Shown here piece after piece: positions 39,457 to 48,221 of a stretch of 64,000 bases of DNA (position 1 is its first letter; every line of letters begins with the position of its first letter). The DNA is from an uncultured bacterium (GTDB lineage: Bacteria; Chloroflexota; UBA5177; JANWHV01): NCBI GenBank assembly GCA_963827235.1, contig CAWHAE010000018.1, positions 352,001 to 416,000 of the forward strand, read 5' to 3'. The position numbers and the translations under genes were made by a program. The notes under the pieces were generated by a model, which had not been told where the DNA came from, did no database searches, and worked only from the letters and a program-made list of their open reading frames with translations.

Positions 39457-39546
39457 TCAGGCGATATGCGCGTGCGAAAGACGGCGAGCGGCCCCCATAA
39501 CGTGACTCAAGGACGCGACAAAGATACGTGGACTACCAGCGTCCAT
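39457..39546 (-). CDS. Putative leader peptide (29 aa) between the aptamer and the terminator
   Basis: GGGGGTGA RBS; MDAGSPRIFVASLSHVMGAARRLSHAHIA*; translated by hand. Confidence 0.5.
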   Translation of the reverse strand: MDAGSPRIFVASLSHVMGAARRLSHAHIA

Positions 39547-39662
39547 AGAAGGCGCTCACCCCCTCTCACCTGCGGCTACCTTGGGCGTCCAGGCCAGTCT
39601 GCACGATGGCGCACCACGGGCCGGGATCGGCAACTGTAGGCTTAAGCTAGACGGTCAACTCA

Positions 39663-39824
39663 CTCCACGTAAGAGTTTTGGCCACTGCATACCGTAAGAC
39701 GGTCACCCGTCCAGCCACTTTGAGTCAACCCTTAAGCCGGGAAGACCTGGTCTGAGGTTTTGGCGTCTCTCGACGTTTCTCCTCAGTAGCCTGTGTGTAT
39801 GCAGCCACCTCACCTAACGAGGAG
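39663..39824 (-). ncRNA. M-box (ykoK) Mg2+ riboswitch aptamer
   Basis: Minus strand CUCGUUAGGUGAGG...AAACGUCGAGAGACGCCAA...UUAAGG...GUGGCUGG...UGCAGUGGCCAAAACUCUUACGUGGAG matches the ykoK consensus landmarks; upstream of a metal transporter. Confidence 0.93.
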
Positions 39825-39867
39825 ACCGAACTCCAGGTTGTGCTGCTACATCCCTGAAATCACGTGC

Positions 39868-39896
39868 ATAGTACGTCCCTTGTGCTACCCTGTCAA
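39868..39896 (-). promoter_or_regulatory. sigma70 promoter for the M-box transcript
   Basis: TTGACA-N17-TACTAT on the minus strand, about 40 nt upstream of the aptamer. Confidence 0.8.
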
Positions 39897-40013
39897 GGGC
39901 CTGGCGGGGTGTTTTTTTGCGCTTTCGCGCGCCCAAGCTGCGGCAGAGACATACGCGCAATCTCCCCTTCAACGTCTGCACGTGTCGGGGCCTCTGGCGA
40001 AGGAGTACAGACG

Positions 40014-41333
40014 GTGAGCGACGGGGCACAGGCGCAACCTCCCTCGCTCTCGGTGCGCCGGATTATCGGCCGGCCGCTCGTCGATCGGGACGGCGAACGT
40101 CTCGGTGCGGTCTGCGATGTGGTTGTCCGGCTCACCGAGAAAGAGGATCCGCTCGTCACGGGCCTCGCCGTGCGCATCGGACAGCACGCGGTGTTCGTGC
40201 CTGTGGCCGACGTCACCCCGCTCGCCACGCATGCCGTGAGGCTGACGGGGATTCGGCTGGATGTGCGCACCTTCGAGCGCCGGCCCCGCGAGATCCTGCT
40301 CGCCGGCGATCTACTCGGCCATCATGTGATCAGCATCGCGGACGCGCGCCTCGTGCGGGTGCGGGACGTCGAGCTGGCCTACCGGCAGCAGTCCCTCCGT
40401 GCGGTGGCCGTGGCCGTGGAGGGATCACCCCTCGTGGAACGGCTCCTGCACGGCAGATTTGGCGCCGAGCATGCTCGGACCGTCCTCTCTTGGGCGGGCA
40501 TTGAGCCGCTGATGGCACACGTGCCCAGCGCTCGCTGGCATCTGCCCTTTGGCCGGCTGGCACGGCTGCATCCGGCACGGCTCGCCGATCTGGTGGAGAC
40601 GGCTTCACCTGACGAAGGCGAGGAGATTATCCGCACGGTGGGCCAGAATCGGGATCTGGAAGCAGACGTGTTCGAGGAGCTGGAGCCCCCGTACCAGGTG
40701 GCATATCTCAGCACGCGTGCCGACGCCGAGATTGCCGAGGTACTCGCCACCATGGCGCCCGACGACGCGGCCGATTTGCTGCTGCAGCTCGAGCCGGAGC
40801 GACGGCAGCGCGTCCTGGGACGCTTACCGCTGGTGACCCTGCACAAGGTACGGCTGCTGCTCGGCTACAACCCTGCCACGGCCGGCGGACTGATGAGCAC
40901 GGACTACCTGGCCGTGCCCGCGGAAATGACCGTACAACAGGCACTGGACGCTGCGCGTACGAGCAGCGTACCTCCCGGCATGGCCGAGACCGTCTATGTG
41001 GTTGACCCCGAGCACCGCCTGCTTGGCGCCTTCCTGATCGCCGAGCTGCTCCGCCGTGAGCCGGACGAAGCGATTGGAAGCGCGATGCAGTCGGCACCGA
41101 TGAGCGTTCTTCCTCAGGCGGACATTCCCGAGATCGCGCTCTCTATGACGGACTTCAACCTCACGCTCTTGCCGGTATTGGACGCTGACACACGACTGAT
41201 CGGCGTAATTGCCGTGGATGACCTGCTGGAGGTGTTGCTCCCGGAGGAATGGCGCGCACTCGTGGATCACAAGCCGCCGGTAGTCCGCGAACGGACCTCC
41301 GGGAGCACAACGGGAGAAGACACGTCGAAGTGA
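40014..41333 (+). CDS. Soluble MgtE-related protein: PRC-barrel-like regions + MgtE N-domain + CBS pair, no membrane domain
   Basis: Motifs LHPARLADLVE, MAPDDAADLL, TAGGLMSTDY, VYVVD..RLLG and LIGVIAVDDLLEVL; no TM segments; AAGGAG RBS with GTG start. Confidence 0.88.
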   Translation: MSDGAQAQPPSLSVRRIIGRPLVDRDGERLGAVCDVVVRLTEKEDPLVTGLAVRIGQHAVFVPVADVTPLATHAVRLTGIRLDVRTFERRPREILLAGDLLGHHVISIADARLVRVRDVELAYRQQSLRAVAVAVEGSPLVERLLHGRFGAEHARTVLSWAGIEPLMAHVPSARWHLPFGRLARLHPARLADLVETASPDEGEEIIRTVGQNRDLEADVFEELEPPYQVAYLSTRADAEIAEVLATMAPDDAADLLLQLEPERRQRVLGRLPLVTLHKVRLLLGYNPATAGGLMSTDYLAVPAEMTVQQALDAARTSSVPPGMAETVYVVDPEHRLLGAFLIAELLRREPDEAIGSAMQSAPMSVLPQADIPEIALSMTDFNLTLLPVLDADTRLIGVIAVDDLLEVLLPEEWRALVDHKPPVVRERTSGSTTGEDTSK

Positions 41334-41415
41334 GGAGAACGGGTCGTCCTTTGCGATCCACCGGTGATAGAGCACAGGAGTTGTTGGCACCCAACCCAGG
41401 AGAAGGAGGCGCATT

Positions 41416-41907
41416 GTGCCGATGTTCACCCATCACCCGCACCCGTATATCGAACGTCGAAAACAGGAGAAGCCGCCGCAGACTGCGGACGAACATGTGG
41501 GCCTGAACGGCAAGATTGCTCTGGTCCTGACCACGGCGGTCGGCACCATGTGGTGCGCCTACGTGTTCGCTCTTCTCGCCCTGCTTGTAGTACCTCAGGC
41601 CGTGCACGGCGGTCTGCTCACCTTCGTACAGTGGGTGAGCCAGACCTTCATCCAGCTGGTCATGCTGAGCGTGATCATGGTCGGCCAGAACATCCTGGGC
41701 AGGGTTTCCGACAAGCGGGCGATACAGACCTACAACGACGCCGAGGCGGTGCTGCACGAAGCGCTGGAGATTCAGCGTCACCTGCACGAGCAGGACGAAC
41801 AGATCTTGCGTATCAAGCAACATCTCGGTGTCGTGGATACCGACGTGACGCTGCAGGGCCAACCCGCCGACGCAGCAACAGCGATACTTGCACAGCCTCA
41901 GCACTGA
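41416..41907 (+). CDS. DUF1003-like membrane protein
   Basis: TTAVGTMWCAYVF, VQWVSQTFIQLVMLSVIMVGQN and a coiled-coil tail; AAGGAGG RBS. Confidence 0.75.
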   Translation: MPMFTHHPHPYIERRKQEKPPQTADEHVGLNGKIALVLTTAVGTMWCAYVFALLALLVVPQAVHGGLLTFVQWVSQTFIQLVMLSVIMVGQNILGRVSDKRAIQTYNDAEAVLHEALEIQRHLHEQDEQILRIKQHLGVVDTDVTLQGQPADAATAILAQPQH

Positions 41908-42430
41908 ATCGCGCGAAGGGCATGCCGCCACAACGCCCTTGCAAAGCTACTCGTCAACTTCCCGCTCGGCAAGCGACAGTACCGGCAGGCTCAGCAGAGC
42001 AGGGCGGCGGAGCAGACTGGCATCCTCCGCTCGCTAGCCAGGGAACGCGACCCACAAGTCGCGCGGCACGGAGAGCAGGCTCCCCTGGAGCGTCGTATAG
42101 GCTACCAAGAGGATCGGGATGGCGTCCGTCTCTGGCCAGGCGCCGTGGCGGCACCGCGGCAGTCCCCGCACGATATAGTATAGGCGTGGTCACGACATTC
42201 ACGGCCATGCAGTCGTCCGCTGCCGCCCAGGCCTGGGCTGTCTCTGCGCTGCTTCACAAGCCGGCACGTGGCTCGAGTCGCCGTCGGGCTACCGGGTCGG
42301 GTTTGGTGCCGGGTTCTTGGGGCGAACACCTGTGGGCATCACGCGGCGCTGGGGCAACCCATCCGCCTTCGAACGCGAGCGCGGCCACCGGACGAGAATC
42401 AGCCGTCTCTCTCAGCGGGGCCGACGACTG

Positions 42431-43654
42431 ATGCTGCCTTCTTCGCCCTCTCGCCCTCCCGCCGTGCCGCTCACAGGTGAACGTGAGGATCCACTGCCGT
42501 CGGCACCGAGCGCCGCCTCGAAATCCGTTGCGCGCCACGATGGCTGGACCGCGGCAGTTGCCGGGCTCGCCCAGCGACTGGGAGACGCGCGGCAGCGCAG
42601 AGGCGGGCGCGTTATGGTCCTGGTGGCGAGCAGTCTGGCCACCTGGCTGATCACTTTACCGCTGCCCGCCGATCTGCGTGTGCATCCCTTCCCGTTCTTC
42701 TATGCCTACGTGCTCTTCATCGCCTGGTACCTGGATGCTTGGGAGGTCCTCGCCGCCGTTGCCTTCGGTACCATCGTGCTGGCCGACGTGCTGCCGCCAG
42801 ATCGTTCGCTCGCCATTGCTAACCCCGTGGACATGATTTCCGAGGCCGTGTTCACGTCGACGGCACTGCTCATGGGCATGCTGATCGTCCGCCTGCGACA
42901 CACGCATGCTGCCTTGCGTGCCGCTGCATCCGACTCTGAGGCTGCGCGCCTCATGGCCGAGGCGGCGGTGCAGGCGCAGGATCGGTTCCTCTCGTCCGTG
43001 TCGCATGAGCTGCAAACGCCGCTCACGGCATTGCGCGCCGGTCTCGGCATGCTGCAGCTCAGCGCGCGGGCACGGCTCGAGCCGGCCGAGGACGCGCTGC
43101 TCGAGAACGCCGTCCGCAACGCCGAGCGCCTGCGGAGGCACATCGCCGATCTGCTGACGCTGAACCAGCTGCGCGCACAGGTCGTGGAACTGGATCGCAA
43201 GCACATCGACCTTCGGGAGGTCGTCATGGACGCGCTTGCAGGCCTGCAGCCTCTGCTCGCTGAGAAGCACCAGGCACTGCACATGGACCTGCCGGAGCCC
43301 CTGGAAATGCTCGGCGACGCCCGGAGACTTGAACAGGTCATCGTCAACGTGGTGAGCAATGCCTATCGGCACACGCCTGCCGGCACACATATCGATGTCG
43401 TTGGCCGCCTCGATGGGCACGACATCCTGCTCGAAATACGCGACGACGGACCGGGCATCCCGCCCGGTGAAGTAGCGCGCATCTTCGATCGCTTCTATCG
43501 TCTCGAAGCGACGCGTGAAGGCATGGGAATGGGACTGGCAATCACCCGCGGGATCGTCAAGCTGCATGGCGGAAGGCTCGGCGTGGAAAGCACACCGGGC
43601 GCCGGCGCGACCTTCTCGATGCGATTCGTCCAAGCTGCGGAGGATAGTGGCTGA
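42431..43654 (+). CDS. Membrane sensor histidine kinase (DUF4118-like TMs, HisKA, HATPase)
   Basis: Motifs SHELQTPL, NVVSNA, DDGPGI, FDRFYR and GMGMGLAI; start approximate. Confidence 0.9.
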   Translation: MLPSSPSRPPAVPLTGEREDPLPSAPSAASKSVARHDGWTAAVAGLAQRLGDARQRRGGRVMVLVASSLATWLITLPLPADLRVHPFPFFYAYVLFIAWYLDAWEVLAAVAFGTIVLADVLPPDRSLAIANPVDMISEAVFTSTALLMGMLIVRLRHTHAALRAAASDSEAARLMAEAAVQAQDRFLSSVSHELQTPLTALRAGLGMLQLSARARLEPAEDALLENAVRNAERLRRHIADLLTLNQLRAQVVELDRKHIDLREVVMDALAGLQPLLAEKHQALHMDLPEPLEMLGDARRLEQVIVNVVSNAYRHTPAGTHIDVVGRLDGHDILLEIRDDGPGIPPGEVARIFDRFYRLEATREGMGMGLAITRGIVKLHGGRLGVESTPGAGATFSMRFVQAAEDSG

Positions 43655-44346
43655 TGGCACTCCGGGTGCTCATCGCCGAGGACGCGCCCGACGTGGCCGA
43701 GGTGGTCGCGTTCGGAGCGCGCATGACCTGGCCGGACTGCACGGTGATGGTTGCGCGGGACGGTGCATCGGCCCTGCGGCTGTTTGCCGAGGATGCCGCC
43801 GACCTGGTGATTCTCGACGTCCAGATGCCGTCACCGGACGGATTCGAAGTATGCCGTCGCATCCGGGCGACATCGGAGGTTCCCATCTTGATGCTCACGG
43901 TGCGCGACAGCGTGGCAGATAAGATACGGGCGCTCGATCTCGGGGCAGACGACTACGTGACCAAGCCATTCGACCACCTCGAGCTGCTGGCTCGCCTGCG
44001 GGCGCTTGCCCGCCGGACACGCGGCCAGCCGAAGGGCGGGCAGCCGTTGGCGGTCGGCGATCTTGAACTCGTGGAGGCTACCCACGAGGCGAATGTGGCC
44101 GGCCGGCCGGTGCGGCTCACCGATACCGAATATCGCTTGCTCGAGACGCTGATGCGGCACGCAGGGACGCCCCTATCGCACCGTTTCATCCTCGAGCAGG
44201 TGTGGGGATCGGCCTATGCCGGTGAGGTCGCATACCTCAAAGTGTTCGTCCGCCGGCTCCGGCGCAAGCTTGGCGACGACCCCACTCGGCCGCGCTACAT
44301 CGCGACCGAGTGGGGCTCCGGGTACCGCTTCATCGCACCACGCTGA
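43654..44346 (+). CDS. OmpR/KdpE-type response regulator
   Basis: Motifs LVILDVQMP, GADDYVTKPF and wHTH LKVFVRRLRRKLGDDP..PRYI; coupled to the kinase by a TGATG overlap. Confidence 0.93.
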   Translation: MALRVLIAEDAPDVAEVVAFGARMTWPDCTVMVARDGASALRLFAEDAADLVILDVQMPSPDGFEVCRRIRATSEVPILMLTVRDSVADKIRALDLGADDYVTKPFDHLELLARLRALARRTRGQPKGGQPLAVGDLELVEATHEANVAGRPVRLTDTEYRLLETLMRHAGTPLSHRFILEQVWGSAYAGEVAYLKVFVRRLRRKLGDDPTRPRYIATEWGSGYRFIAPR

Positions 44347-44808
44347 ACGCGCACCGGTTGCCACGCACACGGTGCCAAGCTCGCGACATCTCGGCAGGTA
44401 GTGACTGCGCGCCGGCCTGTCGGGCTTGCGACGCGCTCGTGACCGGTTTCTTGCCGCGGCTCCACTGCTCTCCGCCTCCGGCTCCTCGTCGCTCGCGGCC
44501 TCCGGCACCGGCGTGCGCCATTGTGGCCCGACGTTCACCATTTGTCACCATTCTTCCCCCCTGCGTTCACGATTGCTGTCAGAATTGCCCTTCCGTGCGC
44601 GGCGGCTCGGTACTACACTCGCCGACAGGCAGGTTGCGCAAACGCACGAGAGACGGCGCTACCCGCGCAGCCCTGAACGAAAACGAGATCGCGACATGGC
44701 CTCTACGCACAGTCGTGAACGACGCCGAGAGGATTCTGTGCACTGTGGAACAGTCTTGGTGACGAGGAGCACGGCCTGCACTCGGCAAGTCGAATCTGCG
44801 AGGGTGTT

Positions 44809-45786
44809 GTGATCTGGTCACCGAGTCTGCCGGCATTCCGTGACGCACTCGCCGGCGAAGCTCTGCTTGTTCCTTCTCCGATCGATCGCCCCGATAGCGC
44901 CGCCGCCGTCGGCACTACAGCCGATCTGGTAGCCGCGAGGTCAGGCCCGCGCGGCGCGCGGTCACGCGGACGCCGGACCTCACCGACGGCGCGGCAGGCG
45001 CGCATCGTGGCGTTCTTCCAACGGCGCCCCTACTTCAGCACGCTTGAGCTGAGCCGTATGCTGCACGTCTCAACCATGACGGTACGGCGCGACTTGCAGG
45101 AACTGGCGCGCATCGGGGCTCTTGTTGCCGTGCACGGAGGCGCACGTCTCGACCGGCCCGCGGCGCGTGAGCCCGATCTGTCCGTACGCGCAGCTGAGAA
45201 TCGTCTGGAGAAAGAAGCAATCGGGGCCTACGCTGCTGCCATGATCGAGCCCGGAGAAGCGATCTGTGTCGATGCCGGGAGTACTGCACTGGAGGTGGCT
45301 CGCCGCCTCAAGCCTAGCGGAGGGCTCAGCGTCGTCACAAACTCGCTGCCTGTGATGGTCGAGCTGTCGCGGCACAACGACATTACGTTGGTCGCACTGG
45401 GCGGGACGCTCCTCGGCTCGCCGCTGGCCTTCTCTGGACCGGCGGTGGTTGCAGCATTGAGTGCGCTGCACTTTTCGACCCTCATCCTCGAGGCGAGCGG
45501 CATCGACTTCAGCCTTGGCATGACGAGCACGGATCTGACCGATGCCGAGATAAAGAGGGTCATGATCCGTGCTGCCGAGCGGGTCATCGTCGTCGCCGAC
45601 CATACCAAGATTGGCCGGAAGCTCCTGGCCAAGGTTGGTCCGCTCGAGGCCGGCCACATCCTGGTCACGGATGACGGCATAGAGGACGAGCACCTGCAGC
45701 ACCTTCGGCGCCTCGGCATGGAGGTGCACACTGCTGCCGTCGACACCCATCCGGCGACCTTGATCGCATCGAGCGAGGGGCCCTGA
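44809..45786 (+). CDS. DeoR/GlpR family regulator
   Basis: VSTMTVRRDLQEL, VHGGA, DAGSTA, VTNSL and ADHTKIG; true start may be further downstream. Confidence 0.88.
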   Translation: MIWSPSLPAFRDALAGEALLVPSPIDRPDSAAAVGTTADLVAARSGPRGARSRGRRTSPTARQARIVAFFQRRPYFSTLELSRMLHVSTMTVRRDLQELARIGALVAVHGGARLDRPAAREPDLSVRAAENRLEKEAIGAYAAAMIEPGEAICVDAGSTALEVARRLKPSGGLSVVTNSLPVMVELSRHNDITLVALGGTLLGSPLAFSGPAVVAALSALHFSTLILEASGIDFSLGMTSTDLTDAEIKRVMIRAAERVIVVADHTKIGRKLLAKVGPLEAGHILVTDDGIEDEHLQHLRRLGMEVHTAAVDTHPATLIASSEGP

Positions 45787-46187
45787 TGCCTGGCCGACTC
45801 GCGCCGTGCTCTGGGCGAGCCTGCCACACGTGGGCCGGATTCGGGGCGACGGACACCGAGAGGCTCTCGGCGCTGGCGACACGATCCCCTGCCATCAGAG
45901 TGGATCCCTTCTCGCCCTGCGGAGCTGGTCCATCATGGCGTTCGGCCCGCCTACGGAACAGGCGATGCCGGGCATTCACGGCATCCGCGTGTCCGACCAC
46001 CGTTGCTTGAGAGTCACTTGTCGTTCGCCAGAGCGGCTCTCTACACGCTCGCGGCCCACCTCGTTCTAGGCGGACCTGGGGATAGAGTCCTGGCGAGAGA
46101 CGGTATAGCATGGTGCCGATCGCAGATCGGCCGCGCCGATTCCACGGCGAGGAATGGAGCTGCAAGCAGCAAGGATGATGGATCGGT

Positions 46188-46784
46188 ATGTCAGTCATCG
46201 CAAGCGGCGTCCTTCTCTTCGCCCTCGCGGCAGTCCTGCTGCTCCAGCGGATACAGAGCCGCCGCGACCGTACGAGTGAGCGAGGCAACTCTGTGGTTGC
46301 CTGCCAGACCGGCGCCCACCCTCTCCCAGTGCCTTCACGGCCACGGCTCCTGGTTCGAGGCTTTCTTCAGCCGTCGCTGGAGACGTACGTCATCGTGATC
46401 ACGCTCGCCTGTCTGGCGACAGGCGCTGTCGTGGCAGGGACCCGCGCCATGACCGGCGTGTGGAACGAGCACGCAGACACCCGCTACGACATGCTGTGGT
46501 TCAACGCCTCCGAAGGCACTCTGGCCGGTACAACCAAGACTGCCTATGCGAGTCACACGGTGAACGGTGCCCCGGCCGCCAATCTACGGGCGCGATTCGT
46601 CTGGACCACACCGCTTCGCACGCTCACCTGCACCGGCGTGACCGACGCATCCGGCACTGCTGCCTGCCGCGTCGTGCTGCCACAGTCCACCACGTCCTAT
46701 CCGGTGACCGTGCGCGTCTACTTCCCTGCCGCGGGCGACGGCGACTGGACCGACAACAGCTTCGTGGCACAGGGAGCAACCTAG
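46188..46784 (+). CDS. Membrane-anchored hypothetical protein with C-terminal Ig-like beta domain
   Basis: Two TM segments, then a beta-rich region CTGVTDASGTAAC...YPVTVRVYF. Confidence 0.6.
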   Translation: MSVIASGVLLFALAAVLLLQRIQSRRDRTSERGNSVVACQTGAHPLPVPSRPRLLVRGFLQPSLETYVIVITLACLATGAVVAGTRAMTGVWNEHADTRYDMLWFNASEGTLAGTTKTAYASHTVNGAPAANLRARFVWTTPLRTLTCTGVTDASGTAACRVVLPQSTTSYPVTVRVYFPAAGDGDWTDNSFVAQGAT

Positions 46785-46930
46785 GTCGACAGCACGTTGA
46801 TCGCTCACTGGAACACGCTCGGCAGCGCCGAGGTAGTCAGGATGACAGCGCTGCGTCTGTCGGCCAGCCCTGAACAGGCTCCTCACGGCGGTACCTCGAC
46901 CGCCTCGCCACGCAGCGATGTCGCTGTACC

Positions 46931-48196
46931 ATGGAGACCGAGAAGGCCTTACCCAACGCGTCGGTTATGCCTGAGACAGTCTTGCCGGAGCACAGGACCG
47001 TGCGGAAGGCTCAGCTGGCAACATCCCGACCGACGACGCTGGAGAGACGGTCCAGTGGGGCCGTGGCGGCCTCTGCGTTTCTCGTCAATCACGCCCTGCT
47101 CATCCTGATCAGCCTGCTGACTGGTAGACTGTTCTACGATGTAGCGGGACAGGCCACGGGCCTGGGTCCGTTGTGGGAACGGTGGGACACCCTGTGGTAT
47201 ATCCGCGTGGCCGACCACGGCTATAGCTGGTATCCGCCGCCGATCCAGTCCGATGTTGCCTTCTTTCCGCTCTACCCATTGCTCATGCACGTCACGAGCC
47301 TGGCGACCGGCCTGCCCACCTCTGTGTCGGGGCTGGTGGTGACCAACGTCAGCTTCCTCGCCGCGCTGTACGTCTTCCATCGGCTCGTACTCGTCGAATA
47401 TGATGCCGAGACGGCCGACCGTGCGGTGTTCTACGTGGCCGTCTTCCCTACGGCGCTCTTCTTCTTTGCCGCCTACGCCGAATCGCTGTATCTGCTGTGC
47501 TGTGTCGGCTGTGTGTACGCCCTGCACCTGCGTCGCTGGTGGCTGGCCGGACTCTGCGGCATGGCGGCCTGCCTGACGCGACAGCTCGGCATCGTCCTGG
47601 TTATCCCTTTCGCGCTGGAGGTCTGTGACGCAGTGCGGCCGGAGCGCCGGCTGGACGCCTGGCTGCACGCCGCACCGGCACTCTTGCTCGTCCCCGCCGG
47701 TCTCCTCACCTACATGACCTACCTGCAGCTTCGCTTCGACGATGCTCTGCTCTTTCTGCGGGCTCAGGCGGCATAGCACCGCGTGCTTGCCCAGCCGTGG
47801 CAAGGCCTGCTGGAGGACGCAGGCCGAATCATGAACCCACTCACCCGGTACGCGCCGCACACGCGCAACGCGCTGGCCGCGCAATCGCTGCTGGACGTCG
47901 CATTTGCGCTGCTCGTTGTCTGTTTGATTGTGTGGGGCGCCACCCGGCTGCGGCGGTCCTACACAGCGTACGCGTGTGCCGTCTGCCTCGCCGTGCTCAT
48001 GTCGCCTACGTCCATGCCTGGCCAGCCACTGGCGCTTTTGTCGATCTCGCGGTTCGAGGTCACGCTGTTCCCGCCGTTCGTCGCCCTAGCGTTGCTGGGG
48101 CGGTCCCGCACCACCGATAGGCTGATCACGGTCTGTTCGGTCGGCCTGCTCGTCTTGTTCACCGTTGTCTTCGTGCGGGGCCGCTGGATCGCCTGA
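46931..48196 (+). CDS. GT-C mannosyltransferase (PIG-V-like), interrupted by an in-frame TAG at 47774-47776
   Basis: Motifs RWDTLWYIRVA..GY, AFFPLYP and FPTALFFFAAYAESLYL; ORFs 46931..47776 and 47783..48196 are in the same frame (AQAA*HRV). Confidence 0.82.
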
Positions 48197-48221
48197 CGGT
48201 CAATCTTACCCTGCTGCGGCG

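Noticed and set aside
39106-39639. 177-aa plus-strand ORF across the leader
   Set aside because: No RBS or motifs; the promoter, riboswitch, terminator and RBSs all point to the minus strand.
41910-42000. GCAAAGCTAC resembling part of a c-di-GMP-I riboswitch
   Set aside because: The GGCAAAC/GAAA tetraloop stem and receptor are missing.
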